A stretch of 64,000 nt of DNA from Scenedesmus sp. PABB004 (Eukaryota). The DNA lies in the NCBI GenBank assembly GCA_014905635.1, contig JABVCE010000011.1, positions 1 through 64,000 on the forward strand, in the 5' to 3' direction. Position 1 is the stretch's first letter. Each line of letters begins with the position of its first letter. Both the position numbers and the translations under genes were made by a program. The notes beneath the pieces are model-generated. The model saw nothing but the letters and a program-made list of their open reading frames with translations, was not told the origin of the DNA and did no database searches. Shown piece after piece: positions 59,589 to 64,000 of the stretch.

Positions 59589-62261
59589 ATGGCGCGCCGC
59601 GCCCCCGCCGCCGCCCTGGGCCTGCTGCTGCTCGCTGCAGGTGCGGCGCGGCGCGCGCGCGCGCTGCCCCCCCCCCCGCCCGCCCGCCCCAACCACCGCG
59701 CCGGCACGGCGGGCGCGGGCGGCGACCGGCGCGGTCTCTCGATCCTTTACTCACGACCGCGCTCCCGCGATCGCAGGGGCCCTGGTGCGCGGCGCGCGGG
59801 GGGCTGGGTCACCCGCGGCTGTGGCGCCCGCCCGCGCGGCCGCGCGCCCGCCGCGCGCCGTCCGCGCCGCATCGCTCCGCGCGCACTGCCCGCGCGCCGG
59901 CTGGGCGCCGCCGCCGTCGCCGCTCACCGCGCCGCCGCCGCCGCCGCCGCTGCCACTGCACGCACGCAGGCCCAGGAGTGCGACCCCGCGATCGCGGTGC
60001 GCCGCCCGGCGGCGCGCCGCCCTGCGGCCGCCCTCCCCTCACCTCCCCGCGCCGCGGCCCTGCCGCCTGGCGCGCGGCCGCGCGCCCGGCCGCAACCGCC
60101 GCGACCGCCGCGACCGCGCGACCACCTGCGCAGGGCACGGAGCTCGTGGACATGGCGGAGCCGATCGGCGTGCTCGCCTGCAAGGTCCCGCCGTCGGTCA
60201 ACCTCACCGACGTCATGTCCCGCCTCACCGGCGTGCTCGCGGACCTGCCGGCCGAGCAGCTGAGCAAGCTGCCGGGCCTCGTCAAGCTCACGATCGGCGT
60301 CGACCCCGCGGCGCTCGCGCCGCTGCTGAGCCTCACGGGCGCCCAGATGGACGCGCTGCTGCCGCTGCTGCGCGACGTCAAGCCCGCGGCGCTCGCGGCC
60401 GTGTTCCCGCTGCTCGCCGGCCTGCCCGGCGGCACGCTCGAGCGCACCGTGCGATTCCTCAAGGCGGTGCGCGCGCGCCGCCGCGCCGCCGCCGCGCGGG
60501 CGCGCAGACGCGACGCGCGACAGGGAGGGGGCCCGCGCGGCGGCGCAGTGCCGCCGCACGCGCCGCGAGGCACGCGGCCCGAGCCGCCGCGCGCCGCGCC
60601 GCGCCCGCGCCCGCCGCGGCGCAGGTGGGCAAGGCGCAGCTGGCGGAGGTGCTGCCCCTCTTCTCTCGCATCACGGCCAACCAGCTCGCGGTCATGCGCC
60701 ACGCGCTGACCGTGCTGCCGGCGCCCGCGTGGAGCAAGCTCGCGGGCCTGGTGCAGGCGCTCGGCCCCGTGACAGACAGCGTCGTGACCGCCAAGGCCGC
60801 CAAGGGCGCGCTCCCCGCGCCCGCCGCGGCGGCGCCCGCGCCGGCGGCGCCCGCGGCGAGCACCGCGAGCGACGTGACGAGCTTCGCCAAGGGCCCCATC
60901 CGCGTGACCATCCGCGGTCGGCGCCTGCTGCAGGGCGACGCCGACGCCGCCGCCGGCGCGGCGCTCGCGGCCGCGGCGCTCGCGGCGGGCGGCAGCGGCG
61001 GTGACGCGCCCGCGGAGGCCATCCCCGGCCCCCCCGCCTCAGCCTGCGACCCGGGCATGGCGGTGCGGCGGCGGCGCGGCGCGCACCGCGGCGCGCGCGG
61101 CGGCGGCGCCCCTGCCAGCCGCCCTCGCCGCGCCCCTTCCGCCGCGAACGCCGCCGCCGCCGCCGCCGTCGCCCCGCGGCCGTGGGCTGCGTCCAACCCT
61201 GTCCACAGGGCATCGAGATCGGCGTCGCGCTCGTGGCCGACTTTGGCAAGGTGGTCTGCAAGTTCAGCGCCGCCAAGCTCAAGCCGGTGCTCGCCGAGAC
61301 GCTGTCCACGCTCAACGCGCAGCCGCCGGCGGTGCTCGCCAACCTGCCCCTCTTTGTCGCGGGGCTCACCGCGCTCGACCCCGCCGCCTTCAACGTGCGC
61401 GCCCCGCCGGGTCGCCGCCCGTCACCGGGACGCCGCACCGCCGCCCGCCGCGCCGCCGCCCCGCGCGCCGCCGGGCGCCGCCCTGCTCGCGCCGCCCTGT
61501 TCGCCCCGCACCTCCCCCCGACCCGCCCCGCGCCGCCGACCCGCCCCCCGCCGCCCCTCCACCCCCCGCCGCCCCTCCCCGCCCCGCCGCCCCCCAGGCG
61601 TTCTTCCAGATTCCCACCGACACGCTCGCGGCGCTCATCCCCGCGCTGGGCGCGCTCGACCCCGCCGCGGTCGGGGCGGCGCTGACCGTGCTCGGCGGCG
61701 CGGGGCCCGACACGGTCGCGGCGATGGCGCTGTTCCTCAACGCGGTGCGGCGGCGGCGGCGGGCGGGCGGCGCGGGCGGGCAGGGCGGGGCGCACGGGCG
61801 GGCGGGCGGGGGCGGTGCGCTGGAGCCGGGAGGGGCGGCGCCGGGGCGCGCCGTCTTACAGGACCGTCTTGCAGGACCCCCCCCCCACCACCACCCCACA
61901 CGCGCACACACACGCACACGCTGCCGCCGCGCAGGTGCCCGAGTCGCAGATCAAGGTGCTGCTGCCCGTGTTTGGCGGCCTGACCGACGACCAGGTCGAC
62001 ATGATGGCCGCGCTGCTGCGCGCGCTGAGCCCCGGCCAGGTCACGCTCGCGCTGCACCTGCTCAGCACGTTTGGCTTTGCCGTCGACGCCATCGGCGCCG
62101 CCATCCCCGCGGCGTCCCCCGCGGGCGGCGGCGCGGTCATGATCGGCCCGGTGCGCGTGACGCTCGGCGGCGCCGCGCCGGCCGCGCCGGCCGCGGCCGC
62201 CGCGGCGGCGGGCGCGAACCAGCGGCTCGCGTGGCGGCCGCCCTTCTTCGTGATGGGCTGA
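59589..62261 (+). CDS. Uncharacterised secreted protein with two helical 15-aa-repeat domains (paralog A)
   Basis: Exons 59589-59640, 59777-59784 (8 nt), 59970-59996, 60134-60466, 60625-61062, 61209-61394, 61598-61744, 61935-62261. All phases are consistent. Signal MARRAPAAALGLLLLAAGALA; RRLLQ lies between the two domains. Confidence 0.85.
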
Positions 62262-62663
62262 GCTGACCGCCCTGGGTGCTGCACTGCGAACCGCTGACCC
62301 CTGACCGAGCGAACCCCGGCCCCCCCCGGACGTGGCGAGGGGGCGGGCTCTCCCGCGCCCCGCGGCACTTTTGACCCCCCGGCACTGCAATGAGCGTGAC
62401 CGCAGGCCTGGTGTGATATTAACTTGCTGCTGGGGCACGACGTGAGCGCCGCGACACAACACACACCGGCGGCCCGAGCAGCGCGAGCAGCGCGTCACCC
62501 GGTCGGCGGCGGCTGCCTAAACCGCCTCCGCAGCTCCGCAGCTGGCCGACGCGCCGGCCGATGCGTGTTGCTGCTCACCAGCACCACGCGGCGCCCTCCG
62601 CACGTCGCCTGCCAGCGCGCAGCCTGAGGCACTGCGCGCGCAGCTGCTGTCGTCGGTCAGACG

Positions 62664-63977
62664 ATGGCGATCCGTCCGACGATGATCGCGGTGATGATGG
62701 TCATGGTTTGCATCGGTGCGTGGCGGCCGCGCGCGCACGAGCAGGACGCAGGACGCAGAATTGGGAGCGCTGGCGATGGTTGATGGCCCGCCAGCCCGCG
62801 GCGGAGCGACGCCGGCCCACGACGCCGGTCGCAACAAGCGCTCTGACCTGCTCCGCACCCCTACTGCCGCTGCCCGCAGGCGCGGCGGTGAGCGCGGGGG
62901 GCACCACGGCAGCGGCGTCACCAGCCGCCGCTCACTCACCCGACCGCACCGCGCCGCCGCCGCCGCCACGGCGCCGTCGCCGCCGCCGCTGCCGCCGCCG
63001 CCGCCACGCCGCCGTCACCGCCGCCGCCGCGCCGCGTGCGCGCAGGGCGCGTGCGACCTCGAGACCGAGGCGGGCAAGATGTCGGCGCTGGCGGAGCCGG
63101 TCGGGCGGCTCGCCTGCCGCCTGCCGCCGGGCGCGGACGCGGCGGCGATCATGGGCGGCCTGACGGGCACACTGCAGGGCCTCTCGCTGACGCAGCTGCG
63201 GGCGCTGCCGCAGCTCATCAAGGCGACCATCGGGCTCTACCCGGCGGCGGTCCAGGTGGGCCCGAGGTCTCATCGTTCAGGCCCTCGGCGCGTGCGGCTG
63301 GCTCGGCTCGCGCCGACCGGCCCCCCGTTGTCCCGCCGCCGCCGCCACCGCCGCCGGCCCGCAGCCGCTGCTGTCGCTGTCAGGCGGCCAGGTGTCGGCG
63401 CTGCTGCCGCTGCTGACCGAGGTCAGCGCCGAGAAGCTCAAGGTCGTGCTGCCGGTCCTCGCGGCGCAGCCGCCCGGCGCGACGGACCGCATGGTCCGCT
63501 TCCTCAAGGGGGTGAGAGCCGCCAGGGCGCGCTGCTCCCGGGGCGCGCGCGCCGCCGCGCCGGCCACGCCGCGGCGGGCGCGACGCCTGCCTGGCTCACG
63601 CGCCCGCCCGCCCGCCCGCCTGCCCGCCCGCCCGCCCGCCCCGATGCCCGGCAGGTCTCGCGCGCGCAGCTCGAGGCGGTGACGCCCGCGCTCGCGCGCA
63701 TGACGCCCGCGCAGCTCGACCTGCTCTCCCGCGCGTCCGGCGCGCTCCCGGCGGGCAGCATGACGCGGCTCGCGGGCATGGTCCGCGGCGTGGGCCCCGT
63801 GGCCAGCAGCACCGTCGTGGCGCCCGGCAAGGGGCGCGTCGCCGCCGCCGGCGCCGCCGCGGGCCTGGGCGGCGGGCTGCAGCTCGGCCCGTGGGCCTCG
63901 TGCGCGCGGGCCCGATTACCCTCGGCCGCAGGCTCGCGCAGCAGGCGGGCGCCGCCGGCTGCGAGCCCTTCCTCAAG
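62664..63977 (+). CDS. Uncharacterised secreted 15-aa-repeat protein (paralog B), 3' partial
   Basis: Exons 62664-62715, 62880-62887 (8 nt), 63046-63255, 63365-63511, 63655-63977 (frameshift ~63894), then a donor at 63978. Aligns with paralog A domain 1 (AEPVGRLACRLP vs AEPIGVLACKVP; RMVRFLKG vs RTVRFLKA). Confidence 0.82.
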
Positions 63978-64000
63978 GTGAGCTGGGTGGGCCCCAGGGC

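Overview
This is eukaryotic nuclear DNA with very high GC (about 80% by eye), dense genes and many introns. It looks like a chlorophyte green alga (Sphaeropleales-like); this is inferred from GTGCGC/GTGAGC donors, CAG acceptors, TGTAA poly(A) signals and plant/algal-type proteins. Most ORFs in the supplied track are GC-driven artefacts, so I rebuilt the genes by hand from splice sites and protein motifs. About 22 genes result: STT3A (5' partial), a small F-box protein, POLD3, an OPR-like protein, a secreted esterase, a triple-GH16 protein, a VASt lipid-transfer protein, a TRPV-like channel, a TraB protein, an RS/DPLD-KH-J-domain protein, an AAA+ ATPase, a multi-Kazal protein, a coiled-coil hypothetical, a Mit_KHE1-like protein, a GLTSCR1-domain protein, an N6-adenine-type methyltransferase, RIBA with a degenerate GCHII half, a WNK kinase, a SNAPC4-like Myb protein, a coiled-coil/J-like protein, and two tandem paralogous secreted proteins built from a 15-residue helical repeat. 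The main observations: (1) that apparently uncharacterised 15-aa-repeat secreted polyprotein family, with a conserved 8-nt micro-exon and RRL processing sites; (2) about 18% GC-AG introns with a CAG|GCGCG consensus; (3) a Prp5/DDX46-like protein that lacks the helicase and carries a J-domain; (4) a bacterial-type triple GH16 next to a bacterial-type esterase; (5) eight same-polarity single-base frameshifts that are most likely assembly errors. I recognised no rRNA, tRNA, CRISPR array or transposase. All family assignments come from recalled motifs, not from database searches.
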